A stretch of 64,000 nt of DNA from Sphaerodactylus townsendi (Eukaryota), in contig NC_059430.1 in assembly GCF_021028975.2 (NCBI RefSeq), forward strand, positions 91,946,001 to 92,010,000, in the 5' to 3' direction. A program made the position numbers and the translations under genes. This document shows, piece by piece, positions 11,966-24,000 of the stretch. The notes beneath the pieces are model-generated. The model ran no database searches and was not told where the DNA came from. It saw only the letters and a program-made list of their open reading frames with translations. Every line of letters begins with the position of its first letter. Position 1 is the first letter of the stretch.

Positions 11966-12948
11966 GGCATACAACAGCCATATCACCACTATTTCTTGCA
12001 CCTAGAACAGAACAGAAATGGGGCAGGGGAGGGGGCTGGAGGTGAGCAAGTGCAGACATACCCTTGGATAAATAATTATTACAGCTGCCTTTGTTCCTGC
12101 ACCTAACTATTGGTCAAATAGCTTATTTGGGTTTGTGTGTCGATTTCAAGTCTTATTATGAATTGAAGCTCCATAGGCTGGTAGCAAGAAATAATAGTCT
12201 TGGTTGGCAGGGAGGGAAAAGGATACCAAAGGCCACTTCAAATATAGCGGGCACAGCGTTCTCCTACAAGAGCATGGGCGCACACAAAGTTGCTACACTG
12301 CTAGCCAGAAGAAGAAGCATATTTTGGCAGGAGATGATATTGGCAGGGTGGCCATGTAGAACAGCTAATGGTGAGCATCAAAAATGGAAAGGCAGAACAT
12401 GGAAGAGCCATTGAGCACAGGGAAAAGAGGTGGGGGTGCTGCCCTCCCACGGCCATATATAGCTCTGACCACCAAGTCCACCAAGTCCACCCCAAGTCCA
12501 CCTTATAGACCCACACCAGCCAGCATTTTCCAGCCTTTCCCCCTGGATGCCATGCGGCTGGCCCATATGGTGGCCTTTCACCTCCCTGCTCCTGCTCCTG
12601 GGGCAGCAGTGGTGGCATGCTGCACTTTCTTTTCTATCATTTGCTGGCTAGAACATTCTAACTAGCACTTTGCAATTCACTGTCTTTTTGAACTCCTTCT
12701 CACCACATATTGGCTGCATGTATTGTGATCCCCCATTGTATTGTATGTATTGTGATCCCCAATTGCCACTGCTCACACAAGAAGCTGGCAAACTTTCTCT
12801 AGCCCCCTCCCATCTAGCAAGGCCTCCTATATGTGTCCTGTATTATTCAAAACCATTTTTTTCATCGCATGTTTATTTGAAAATCATAACTATAAAGTTG
12901 ACAAGTTGTAAAGAGGTGTACATTTTTCTTCTGCATGCTGTTGCTTAC

Positions 12949-13943
12949 TGTAACGAAAGCCACTTATATATATAAGTTCTACTTTCTGCGCTGCCACCAA
13001 TAATATATTTTCCTCTATATAGCCCACTCAATACTGATTTTCCACAAGGTCACCACCCTGACTGGGGAACACAGACACACAGACAAAAATACTAATGACT
13101 GGAAAGGTTTTAAAAGGTGAACAAAACTGAAACGTTTATTTGCTGGCTTTCACAAAGGCTTCTCAAGGTAAACTGGAGAGGTTTAACGCTTGTTGGTTTC
13201 AGAATAAGTTTGTCTTAAGATGTTACTTCAGATTCATATGCACCCCGACACACGCAGGTGTCTCTTAAGGGAAGATTTAGCTTTGAACTAATAAATTCCC
13301 TTACGCACACAGACTACTATTCCTCACTGCCTCCAATACCCACTGATCACACACTCCAAACACACACAGTCCAAGCCCAGGAGATTCTGCGCACACTGGC
13401 CTCCTCTCTCTCCCACCTTAGGTCCTAGCAATATGGCTTCACACTGCCTTCTGGACCGGCTTCTCTCCCAGATCACTGGTGGATTCTGGTGGCCAGGATA
13501 CACCCAGGGGCGGGCAGGCAGACTAGATCAGGTCTGGGCAGTTTTAAAACCGCCAAGCTCCTGAAGGAGACATCGTCAATCTGCACTCCAGTCAGGGCCT
13601 CCTCTCGTCTGTCAAGCATGCACCGGGGCTTTAGACAGGGACTGGACTTCTGTCAGCCAACTCTGCTGAGACAGAATCCTTTTCTTCCAGAGCTAACAGA
13701 CTCCTCTCTGCCAGACTCTGCTCTGCTCTCCCTGACCGACTCCTATCAGCACTCAACTCTCCTCTCAGTGCTGTAAGCCCACTGGCTCCCCCTAGCTCTT
13801 GCCAAACGTTACTGGACCTTTTTCAGCCAATCAGGTCGGTTCTCTCCTTGTGGAGCCTTTTTTTCTTTTTCTGGCTGTTGCTAAGGCCTTCTCCCTTTGG
13901 CCTGCTGTACACCAGCCCTTCAGGGTGGGGCAAGTTCGTTACA
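12949..13943 (-). mobile_element. Solo LTR (995 bp)
   Basis: Termini tgtaacgaa...ttcgttaca (9-bp inverted), perfect 5-bp TSD cttac, AATAAA on the minus strand at 13135-13140. Confidence 0.9.
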
Positions 13944-14620
13944 CTTACCATGAAGTAATGGCCTCAAGGGACACTTTGTCCCAATCCCTACCAGTGCACT
14001 GAAGTATTCTAAATACCTTTACTATTACTCCTGTAACAGCATCATCATGGGCAGTGTCAAAGGACTCAGCAGTGGAACAGCAGTAGAAAAGAAGACCAGG
14101 AGGCACAAAGGCCGACAAGGATCCAGACTCATCTCCACCAGTGCCTAGTCCAGCTTCACCGGGACCTGGTAATGTACTACAACCTTTCCTTAAGAAACAA
14201 CTTCTACTGATCTATCAACCTATCTTTTAATATTTGTAGTGTAGGATTTTCCTAGGCTCTGGCAGACCCCAGCCCACCTGTTCATCAACAGTAAACATAA
14301 CCACCACCACCGGGACAAGACCCAGTTCTTGTAGTTCACAGGGAAATGATACATGGACAAGCTTTTTAGTGAAACACTGCATATTTTGCTTTGTGAAACA
14401 TGTGTAACCTGCTATCCCCCTCTAAACAGTTAAATTTATGGAGCAACTGTTTTTCAGCAAACCATTCAATTTACATAGCAACTTTTCTCTATAACACTTG
14501 CCACCCAGCTGTAAATTGAAGCTCTGGTTGTGAGAAAAACAGTCACTGGCCCTTTCTGCACAATACAAATAAAATGTGTCGCAGATGTTTTAAAAAGAAC
14601 TGCTTGGGCTTTTTTTGTCC

Positions 14621-14760
14621 ACCCCCTTCCGCACATGCAGAATAATGCACTTTCAATCCACTTTCACAATCGTTTGCAGTGGATTTTGCTATTCTGCACA
14701 GCTGCAAAGTGCATTGAAAGTGGATTGAAAGTGCATTATTCTGTATGTGCGGAAAGGGCG
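14621..14760. mobile_element. Small palindromic Harbinger-like MITE
   Basis: ~45-bp inverted arms ttccgcacatgcagaataatgcactttcaatccactttca / tgaaagtggattgaaagtgcattattctgtatgtgcggaa. Confidence 0.8.
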
Positions 14761-14860
14761 AATAAATCAATAAAGTGTTGTCAGGGAAAGTGGTACTTTT
14801 TCCCAAGTCCCCCCCCCCCCCCATCCCCAGCTCTTGTTTCAGTTTCCACTGAGCAGTTTG

Positions 14861-15397
14861 TGTAACCCCTATGTTCAGAATGGGTTGACCCAGAAAGGGG
14901 TAGAGACTCAAAGCAGCAGAAGGCTGCAAAAACTGGTGAAGTTGGAGGAAGCAAGGCTTCCAGGCTGGGACCTTGATTTAATTCTTTATAAGCTCTTAAC
15001 ACCTTGTTTAAGGTAACTGCAAAGTTGTTGGGAACTAGTGGGAAGGGAATTGTTTGTTTTTGCTGTATTGTAAATGTTAGAGGTTATTGTTTCAGGGCTT
15101 GCTATGTATGTAGTTGATGGGGGTTCTTTTGGGGACCTTCATCATCTTGAATCCCGTTCACCAAGCCTCTGAAGTCTTCATAAGCCAACCACCAGCAAAG
15201 AAGAATTTGACTTGGCATTATCAGTAGACTGTAAATATAAGGACTTGAAATGCAACCTAAAAGGACTGTAAATTGTTATGTTAAATGTTAATGTTAAAAG
15301 TGTTATTTGTTAAGAAAGTAAACCATTTTGTTTTAAATTTAGTTCTTTGCAACTCCTTCCAAGTTCTGCCCCACAGAACCCACAGATAGAGGTTACA
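14861..15397 (+). mobile_element. Solo LTR (537 bp)
   Basis: tgtaacccctat...atagaggttaca; 4-bp flanks tttg/cttg; AGTAAA poly(A)-like signal; removing it restores the host palindrome. Confidence 0.8.
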
Positions 15398-16643
15398 CTT
15401 GCACCTGCTATTTTCTGCCCTCCTCATGAGGCTCCATTCTGCTGCCATTTGCAGAATGTTCCCACAGAGTTTCCTCTGTCATTTCAGTGTATAAAGTTCA
15501 TTAATAAAGTTAGTTTTTTCCTGAAAATTCCAGGCATGTGTCATTCCCCCCTCCCCCCTTTGTTTTAAATGAGATATCTTCAGAGCTACAATGTCATAAT
15601 ATGCGAATCGGCTGCGATTTTCATATCGTGATGTCGTAGCTTTGAACATATCTCATTTAAAGCAAAAGGGGGGGGGGGGCACGTGCATGGGATCACCAGG
15701 ACCTTTATACCCTGAAATGAGGCATGGATGAGCTGCAAGCAGAGGAAACTTCATGGGAATGTTCTGCAAATGGTGGCAGCATGGAGCCTCCTGAAGAGGG
15801 CCGAAAATGGCAGATGCTCAGTAGAAGCTGAAACTAAGAGCTGGGGGAGGGGGGGAAATAAAACATCTCCTACTCTCTGCACAGCAAGCCGGAGACGTTT
15901 TCAAAACGGCTTCAGGGAAAAAGATACCCTAGCTAATTTCGCGTTTTCTGAAAAAAAAATGGGTTGAGATGAAATGAAATGTCCTGAAGACATTTTGGGG
16001 GGAAAACCTGTATGCAGTTCCTCCTCAAAATGCTTCTTTCAACATCTTCAAGACTTTTCATTTGTACTGTGCAGAAAGTATCACAGTTATTCATAGACAA
16101 ATCTGAGAAATGCATTTATAAATAGGATCATACCCAGACACTGAATGGTTCCCATGCTCTGTTCATTATATCTGTGGCTCAGAGTGACACCCCACACAGG
16201 AACACTTATTATCAGTAGTTCTGGGAACATTGTCCTGAGTGGCACTACTGTTACCTGGAGTAGGTGTCAGTGACATTTGTTTCGTAGGATGCAGTTGGTC
16301 AGTTGTTTGTTTTGTCTACTTCCCTACTAATAAATCTCCATGTGGTGATAGAGCACTGATGACTGCACCTAGGTTTTCTTTTGGGGGGGGGGGTTAGTTT
16401 CCTGAGACAGTTTTCAAGTAGCTAGCACACATGTGTTAAATGGGAAAGGGTTTGGGGGGGGGCAGGATCTGTACATCAAGGTCAATATACCCTCTAAACA
16501 AGAACCTTGTCTCCCCCCAAAAAATCACTGGAGGTTGTTGCAGTTTGGAGTCTGTGCCAATGCCCTGTTTGAACTGTTTTCTGTCCCCATTGCCCTCATA
16601 ATAGAACAGAATTTATCTAGTGATATTGAGAAGTCATAGTAGG

Positions 16644-17081
16644 TGTGATGAAGTTACTCCATTACAGTATCAGGAAAAGTCACACTAGCCTGACAAAGGC
16701 TTTGATCTCCGAGTGGAGAACCAAAAAGCTGTGGAAATTTACCCAAAAGGAAGCCAGTAACCAAGCAGGCACATACATCAAAGGCTAGGTTACCTCATGG
16801 CAGAAAACAGAGTTTTCCTGGGAACCAAGGAACAAAGACAATTGGATTCTGATCCAGGCTAAGCTCGAGTGAGCATCTCTAAGCTGAGGGAGCTGAGACA
16901 AGCCTGCAGGAAACGTGCTATTTAGCTGAGTAATATCTGTATTTATTGTTTTATTGTTTTCTTTTTTTTCCAATAAAATTGTTGAGAACTCAGCTGGTTT
17001 CAGTGTATCTGGAGAAAAGAACCCAGGATTTATAGAACAGCCATGGCTCTCCCAGGCCTGGTTCTGTGATATGGTGGCAGC
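16644..17081 (+). mobile_element. Possible Gypsy-type 5' LTR plus primer-binding site
   Basis: Starts tgtgatg; AATAAA at 16972; ends gtgata followed by PBS-like tggtggcagc. Confidence 0.4.
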
Positions 17082-17558
17082 CATAGGACAGATTATGGAG
17101 TCTTTAGATTTTTGCTACTCCCTGGCTGTTAATCTTCCATCACACCCACCCACAAACCCGTCCAAAAAAAGCATCCCTCCCACAACTGATGAAACAGAAA
17201 CAGTAGTTCAACTGTGCAATGGGTGTGTAGCCAACCAGAACTACATGCATAATGAGGGGTAACCCTATAACTTGCACAGAGAAACAGCGGTTGCTGCAAT
17301 GCACTTTCCAGGCCCTGAGGGAAGTATACAAATGACACACTCAGCTGTATTTGGAAAACAGGGATTATGATAAAATTGTGGAGTGGGAAGAACATATCAC
17401 ACACAATACATCATTTAAAAAGGCATCAGAACTAGTCCCTTTTTCTTCCTGAGAGGGAGTACAAGGTTGCAGTTCCTGGCCATCCAGAAAGCCTGCTTGA
17501 TCTCCACTTGCAGCAATGTCTCCTGAATGGAAAAGATAACATGAGCACTAGAGAAAAC

Positions 17559-17869
17559 GGGCCTTTCCCCACTCTCCCCTATCCCCCCTATGCCGCGCAA
17601 GATTCCGCTTCCTCAGCGCCGCTGCATCCCTGGCGCTGCTGCCTCTGGTAACCCTCCCACGCACCCCGCTGGCCTTCTGCGCGGGGTCATCAAAAGGTGC
17701 CTCTTTGGGCAAGAGCGCCAGGATGCGCCACGCTGAGGGGAGCGCGACAGCCGTAAAGCGTCAGGGCTATAGTTATGCGCTGTCGCCGCCCCTCTCGTGG
17801 GGAGTGCCGGGGGACCCCGCGCTACTCTCCTCAAGTAGTGCGGGGCTTAAGGTAAGTGGGGAAAGGCCC
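17559..17869. mobile_element. Second copy of the same Harbinger-type MITE, opposite orientation
   Basis: TIRs gggcctttccccact / agtggggaaaggccc; right half is the reverse complement of 129-310. Confidence 0.8.
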
Positions 17870-18262
17870 AGCTACTCTGTGGTGCAGTGTTGGCCAATTT
17901 CCTCTTTACAGAATTAAAGCCTCAGAAAGGCCTGTCCAACACCAAAGGTAGGGGTTGGTTTTCTGGAATGGTGAAACCCAAAGGCTGTAGGGTGCTCTGT
18001 GCAGCTGTGGCAGTTCCCTTTCCCTGATCAGAACTCTCCTTTGTGACAAAGGAAGGCAAGGGCTCTAGGGAACGAAAGGTCAAAAAACGACCCCACAGTA
18101 CAGTTGATTTATTTTTTGTGCGGTGGCAGATCTGGGCATTAGGGTCTGAAGAAGCAGCTTATATTCCAGTTGTTTTCTGCATAGTCAAGTCATACTTGAG
18201 ATTTGGGTCAGATTCAGGAATGTGACTGGCCTCGTTGGTGCTCCCTGAGGAGCAGCTACCAC

Positions 18263-18440
18263 CAGAGGCGGAGCAAGGGGAAATTCTGCCTGAGGCATAT
18301 GTGCGTGCTGTGCCCCTGTTGCTGTGCCGCCCACCCCGCCATGCCCCTGCCTAGCCCCCGCCATGGCCTGGCCACGCCTCCTCCATGGCTCCTCCTGGGG
18401 AATTGCGCCCCACTCCCGCCCTGTTGGCGCTAAGCCTCTG
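18263..18440. mobile_element. hAT MITE
   Basis: Perfect 8-bp TSD gctaccac; TIRs cagaggcggagc / gctaagcctctg. Confidence 0.88.
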
Positions 18441-18545
18441 GCTACCACAACATTAATATTTCTTAGAAATTTAAAGAGATAAAGATAACATGAGGTTGTT
18501 GCCCACCACAGTCATCTCTCAAGTATCAGGAAAATAAATATGCTG

Positions 18546-18789
18546 NNNNNNNNNNNNNNNNNNNNNNNNNNNNNNNNNNNNNNNNNNNNNNNNNNNNNNN
18601 NNNNNNNNNNNNNNNNNNNNNNNNNNNNNNNNNNNNNNNNNNNNNNNNNNNNNNNNNNNNNNNNNNNNNNNNNNNNNNNNNNNNNNNNNNNNNNNNNNNN
18701 NNNNNNNNNNNNNNNNNNNNNNNNNNNNNNNNNNNNNNNNNNNNNNNNNNNNNNNNNNNNNNNNNNNNNNNNNNNNNNNNNNNNNNNNN
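18546..18789. other. Assembly gap
   Basis: Run of N. Confidence 1.
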
Positions 18790-19465
18790 ATTTCTTAATG
18801 TTTCAATATTTTGTCTTACTGCTTCAAAAGCCACTATTGGTAGCAAATACATTTTAGAATTGTGTGATTAAATTCAAGATTGGTTTGAGCACAGTCCCTC
18901 TCAGGTCAATCTAACAAAAGACTCCATGATAAAGGACACTATGCAGTCAATGTTAAGTACCTTTATTCCTTCCTGTGAGAAGCAATGAGACACCACTTAA
19001 AACATGTGCATGCACTTTCATTGACATTTAGGAAATCACAAAGTGATTGCTGTTTCATAGGCTTGCTGAAATACCAGCACCCCATGATTGTCAGTATACA
19101 GCCTCTGAGGTATGTTACCAGAGATAAGCTCAATCAATCTTGTTTCCTTGCTCATATATTCCTTGACCTGGGCTTAAAATAGCTCTGTGGGATGCATTTT
19201 GTTAATTGTAATCTTATTTTATGAAATTTGTCTTTGCAGAAACTTCTTGCTGGCACCCCTTAATGTCCACATGATCCTAGCAATTTCTTCACACTGGTTT
19301 GTTTAGGCATGTACAGCCAACATGATGTTCTCTCCCAATGATTTTTCAGTGTCTTATTTTAGCTTGCCAGCAAAGAGATCATTTGAGTAGTCAATATTAT
19401 GCTGCAACACAAAGCATGTCTTGCCATTAAGTTTTAAGTTAGCACTGAAGCACCCTGATGCATTT

Positions 19466-19640
19466 GGCCCAGGCTAGCTTGATCTTATTAGATCTCAGAA
19501 GCTAAGCAGGGTCAGTCCTGGTTAGTACCTGGATAGGAGACCAGGGTTGTACACAGAGGCAGGCAAGGGCAAAACCACACTTGTTTGTCTCTTGCCTTGA
19601 AAACCCTATGGGGTTGCCATGAGTTGATTGATGTGGACAT
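19466..19640 (+). mobile_element. 5S rRNA-headed SINE, second copy
   Basis: gatctcagaagctaagcagggtcagtcctggttagtacctggataggagacc plus the same tail. Confidence 0.75.
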
Positions 19641-19732
19641 GGGGTGCTCAGAAATCTCCCAGTTTTGTCACTATTACTACATTCCTACATAATGTTAGAT
19701 TCTTTTTTTTAAGGAAATGTTGTTTAACTCAC

Positions 19733-19905
19733 CAGGATGTGGGTCAGGTTCCACTGACTGGGATCTTGTTTGTCCAAATAAACTTCTCCCATAATTGCCC
19801 ATGGCCAAAAGTCTTTCCACTGAATAATGAGGATGTGTAGAAGTGTTTGGACTTCGGCACCAAGGACTTTGAACTGGGTACAAGGGTGGTGGTGTCTTTT
19901 CTCCC
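19733..19905 (-). CDS. LMNTD1: LMNTD1 exon (GEKTPPPLYPVQSPWCRSPNTSTHPHYS...PDPHP)
   Basis: Resembles the LMNTD1 [26 protein letters not shown] segment. Acceptor ctctgcag|, donor CCTG|gtgagt. 173 nt, phase 2 to 1. Confidence 0.92.
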
Positions 19906-20009
19906 CTGCAGAGTAAATACAAAAAGATCTCTTCTGGTTATTTTAAATAGTTGTTTTTGTATACAGACAGAATTATAATTTTTAAAATCAAAGCAAATGA
20001 AAAATCAAA

Positions 20010-20312
20010 GGAGCAGCAGTGGCGTAGTGGTTAAGAGCAGGTGAATTCTAATCTGGAGGATCTGGGTTTGATTCCCCGCTCTGACACTTGAGCTGTGGAG
20101 GCTTATCTGGGGAATTCAGATTAGCCTGTGTACTCCCACACATGCCAGCTGGGTGACCTTGGGCTAGTCACAGTTCTTCGGAGCTCTCTCAGCCCCACCC
20201 ACCTCGCAGGGTGTTTGTTGTGAGGGGGGAAGGGCAAGGAGATTGTAAGCTTCTTTGAGTCTCCTACAGGAGAGAAAGGGGGGATATAAATCCAAACTCG
20301 TCCTCTTCTTTT
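20010..20312 (+). mobile_element. Young tRNA-derived SINE with L2-type tail
   Basis: A box tggcgtagtgg, B-box-like ggtttgattcc; highly similar to 49458-49752 and 62697-63002. Confidence 0.9.
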
Positions 20313-21009
20313 TCAAAAATAATTCTGCAACTATTCTGCAACAGTTCAATTCCAAGTATTTGCATGGTCCTGTTTTGGATTATTTATTTCTGCAATGTTC
20401 ACTGTTTTGTGGGACACAATCTACTTCTCCTCCTGATGGATGCAGCCAAGGAACTGTAAATGGACACCGGAATACTTGCCTGCAAGCACATGACAGCCAT
20501 TAGAGTTTCCCGAGCAGAGGGTTGAGAAATACCTGGGGATTTTAGGGGTATAGCCTTGGGAGGGCAGGTGAGGATTGGGGATAAGAGGGACTTCAGCCCT
20601 AGAGTACATTGCCATAGAGTTCACCTTCCAGAACTGCCATTTTCTCCAGGGGAACTGATTTCTCTTGTCTGGAGATCAGCTAGAGTAACAGGAGATATCC
20701 AGGCCCCACCTGGAAACTGGCAATCTAAGAAAATCCACAGTGGGGTAAAAGGGAAGGATGTTTAACTGCATAGAAGCAGGTTATTGCAATTGTGTTTTCA
20801 TTTTTTGTGATATCTGCGCTCTATCCTGCACAAGCCCACTTACCGGTTGCTGAATTACACATTGCTGCAGGTGCATATGAAGCTCCAAAATGGGGCAATT
20901 AACTCCCCCTGGGGCTGCTGCATCTTGGGAAAAACAGTATGGGAATTCTTCATTTCCAATTTTAGGACTGGAACTCTTATGTTTCTTTACATTAACCAAT
21001 TCATTCAAG

Positions 21010-24000
21010 AAATAAGATGCACCTGAATAACCAGGGGCAGCCATTGCTGCTGGGGTGAGCAGCGCAGCAAAATAAGGGGTTGCAAGGTAGGAATTGCATG
21101 CTGCAGAACCGGGTGCATTGATTGGCCATTCCCCAGCCGCTTTGGTGCGGAGTGAGCCTGGGTATATATAGAGCGCCTCTCAGGGTCAGCGCCCTTCCCG
21201 CCAAGCAGACCCAACAAGGCAGTGGTGGTGTGGTTGAAGCGTCTGGCATAAGGCCTGGAAGGGGAGACTGGTTCACGGCCTCTAAACTTTGCCTTTTTCT
21301 TTCCTTTTTTTCCGACTTTCCCTCACCTTTGCTTGTTCTCACTTTTTATTCCTTCTTTCTCTTGCTGGTTGTTGTGACTGGTTCCTCACGCTCGCTTAGG
21401 TCCCAAAGCGGGCCAAGAAGTGCAAGACAACCAGTTCGTGGCAGAGCTCGAGCCCTTCTTAAATAGGGTTCGGTCCAGACCGCCCGGGGAGTCTCCGAAG
21501 GCGCTGCCCGGTGGTCGAGGCAGATTGGTGCAGCGACGCTTCTGGCGGCTGCGGCTTTGGAGTCTGTCCTCCATTGGCCGGGGCAGGCCAGCTGGCCCAG
21601 TACGGGAGCACCGGGATTCTCCCGGCTGGGAGGCTTTCCCTTGGCCTCTTTACAGAGCCCGGACGGCACGCGTGGCACTGATCCTTTTCCTGGTAATGCG
21701 AACTTAGCAGGACACGCTTGATGCACTCTCCCCGCCAGGCCCCTGGCCGGTGTGGGCCAGCGACATTCCGGTCCCCGCTGGGTGCAATGGAGCGGAGCCC
21801 CCCGTCATCGCCAGCGTAAGTTGCCGCATTTATTCGGCATGGCAGGCCCACCTCGAAGCCCGAGGCGGAGGCCCTCCAGCTCTACGCCGCCAGTCAGCCC
21901 AGCGTCCCACATCAGTGGACGCATCCGTTAGCCCTCCATTCGAGGAAGCAGGTGAGGAGGAAGCCCGGTGGAAGTCGGCGCTCCCGGGTCCTCCAGACGT
22001 CTCCCAGCTCTTTCATCTTCGGGTAGAGTCCCTCCGAGGGCGACTATGCCCAGGTTGTGGGGAATTCTGGTTCCAAGGCGAACACGTGCCCGCTTCCTCC
22101 CATTTTGGATGTCGCAAAATGCAGAAGCTTTGGTAAGTCGCGGGCTGACTCCGCCCCAGCCCGGCTCCAGGACGCATCACAAGGGTAACCTGCTCTCCTT
22201 CCGGAGTCCCACCTCCCCACAGGAAGCTCCGGGAGCAGGTGACCCACTTTCGACGGGTGCTAATGTCGACCCATTCAAGTTCCCGGCGGAGGGCGATATG
22301 GCTTGTCGAGCGGACAGAAGCGGCGGACCCGCTGCTGCAGCCGAAGCGAGATGCACTTTAGAAGCAACTGGCTGCAGGGTTTCAATACTTCGTATTCCTG
22401 GCCTCTGCGTCGGGGCCGCCCCTACCCCCGAGTGGCTACTGGCACCTGCGCTGACCCACATGTCCAGCGTGCTGCGAAGGTTATGCAGCCGGCGCCTTTG
22501 GTCGGGCGCAGCCAGCAGCCATTGCCTACGCATGATGCCATATTATCCGGAAGAACGCCAGCCCCACGTGAGGCGGGTTCCGCTGGGATCTCATCCACTC
22601 GACTCAAAACCTGGATGGTGTCGTGCGTCCAGCCGGGCCGTGAAAGGGGCGATGGGAGCCATCTGCCCCCTCGTGAAAATCCGGGCGGCAAGAGCTTTCC
22701 GGAAGGCTGGAGGGCAAATAGAGGCTTTGTTGGGAGAATTCAGCTGGGGCGCTTGCCAGCGACCAAGTGTAGGTTTGAGCCCCAGGCATTTTTTGCTCCA
22801 ACCTGTTCACCGGCAGTCATGGCAGAGGCGAAGCACCCCAAGTTCAGCTTCCGGCGGGCGCTGCGGCAGGCGGTCTATACGGCGGGCCCACACCTAAAAA
22901 AAAAAAGTTTCCGATTGGTCAGAAACTGGTGCCCTCGCCCCGCAAACATTGACGACACTTCTTCCCAACTGCAGTCGCTTTGGCTCCCCGCACCTGTTAG
23001 CCTTCAGCCTTTGCTGGTGGCTGCAGCTGCTATTCCAGGACAGGCGTGCTGCGTGCAGCTGCGGGGGGCAGGTTTCTCCTCTGATTTTGAATCCCCGTAC
23101 CGAGGCCCTCGCCAGGGCTTACCAGGCGGACAACTTAAAAGTCGGTCCTGAAGAACCCCCTGGCGTGGTGGCTGACAACCTTGCCAAGTGCAAAATCCAG
23201 GGCCCGTCGATGACATGGGCCCTTCCATCACCACGCCCCTCAGCCCCTTCAGGGTCTCACCAATTGGCGCACTGGTGCCCTTACAGCAAAATGTGACATC
23301 CAATCTGCTTTCCGGCTCCCGCCCGATTCCCCTGGATCTTCGCTCGAAAGCTGCTGGGCATCCATTCCCAAAGGCAGCTGGTTTGTGAACAAGGCCATGC
23401 CCATGGGCTGCCTTCTTTTGCCTGCGTGCAGCTTTTGAGACTTTCAGCACGTTTGCAGATATAGGCGTTCAGCAGAGTGCCCTCCCGGCATGGTGACTCA
23501 TTATCTGGGTGATTTTTTAGTTCCTTCGGTGGGCAGTGGGCACCAGGGAATGTTATTTTTGCTTTTGCAGGCTTTCCAGGCCCTGCGGCCCAGGCTGGGG
23601 GTCCCCTTTGCTCCCAGCAAGGCAGAGGGCCCATCACCTGTTCCCAGGTCTCCCACCTGGACTCGGTTCAAGGCATTTCCTCGCTCCCTCTTGAGGATAA
23701 GCTCCTGGCCCTCACCACCCTGCTGCATTCGCGTTGCTCCGGTACACAAAACATGCAGGGTTACCATCCAGGTCCAATCCTTGCTGGGCCATAATTTTCC
23801 TTTCATTTCGGGCTTGCAGGGTGGTGGCGCTTGGCATGCGTTCTGCTCTCGGGCTGGCTAGGTCCTTTGTCGGGCTGCAAGCCCCTGATCACCGCGATCA
23901 GGGTATCCCGGGTCTTGTAGGAGGATCTGCAGGTCTGTGGCTGGTACGCTCTTCGCCCGGGGCTTCAAGCGGCATTTCCCTGTGGCGAGGCACTCTCTCT

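Larger units (their letters stand above)
14548..16080. mobile_element. Palindromic Harbinger-like non-autonomous element hosting two nested insertions
   Basis: Termini tttctgcaca.tacaaat / atttgtac.gtgcagaaa; long inverted arms centred near 15610. Confidence 0.7.

Noticed and set aside
20010-20090. tRNA gene
   Set aside because: A and B boxes only; this is the head of a repeated SINE.
21968-23151. Long ORFs (309 aa and 282 aa) as host genes
   Set aside because: GC-rich, frameshifted gag/pol region of the Ngaro element.
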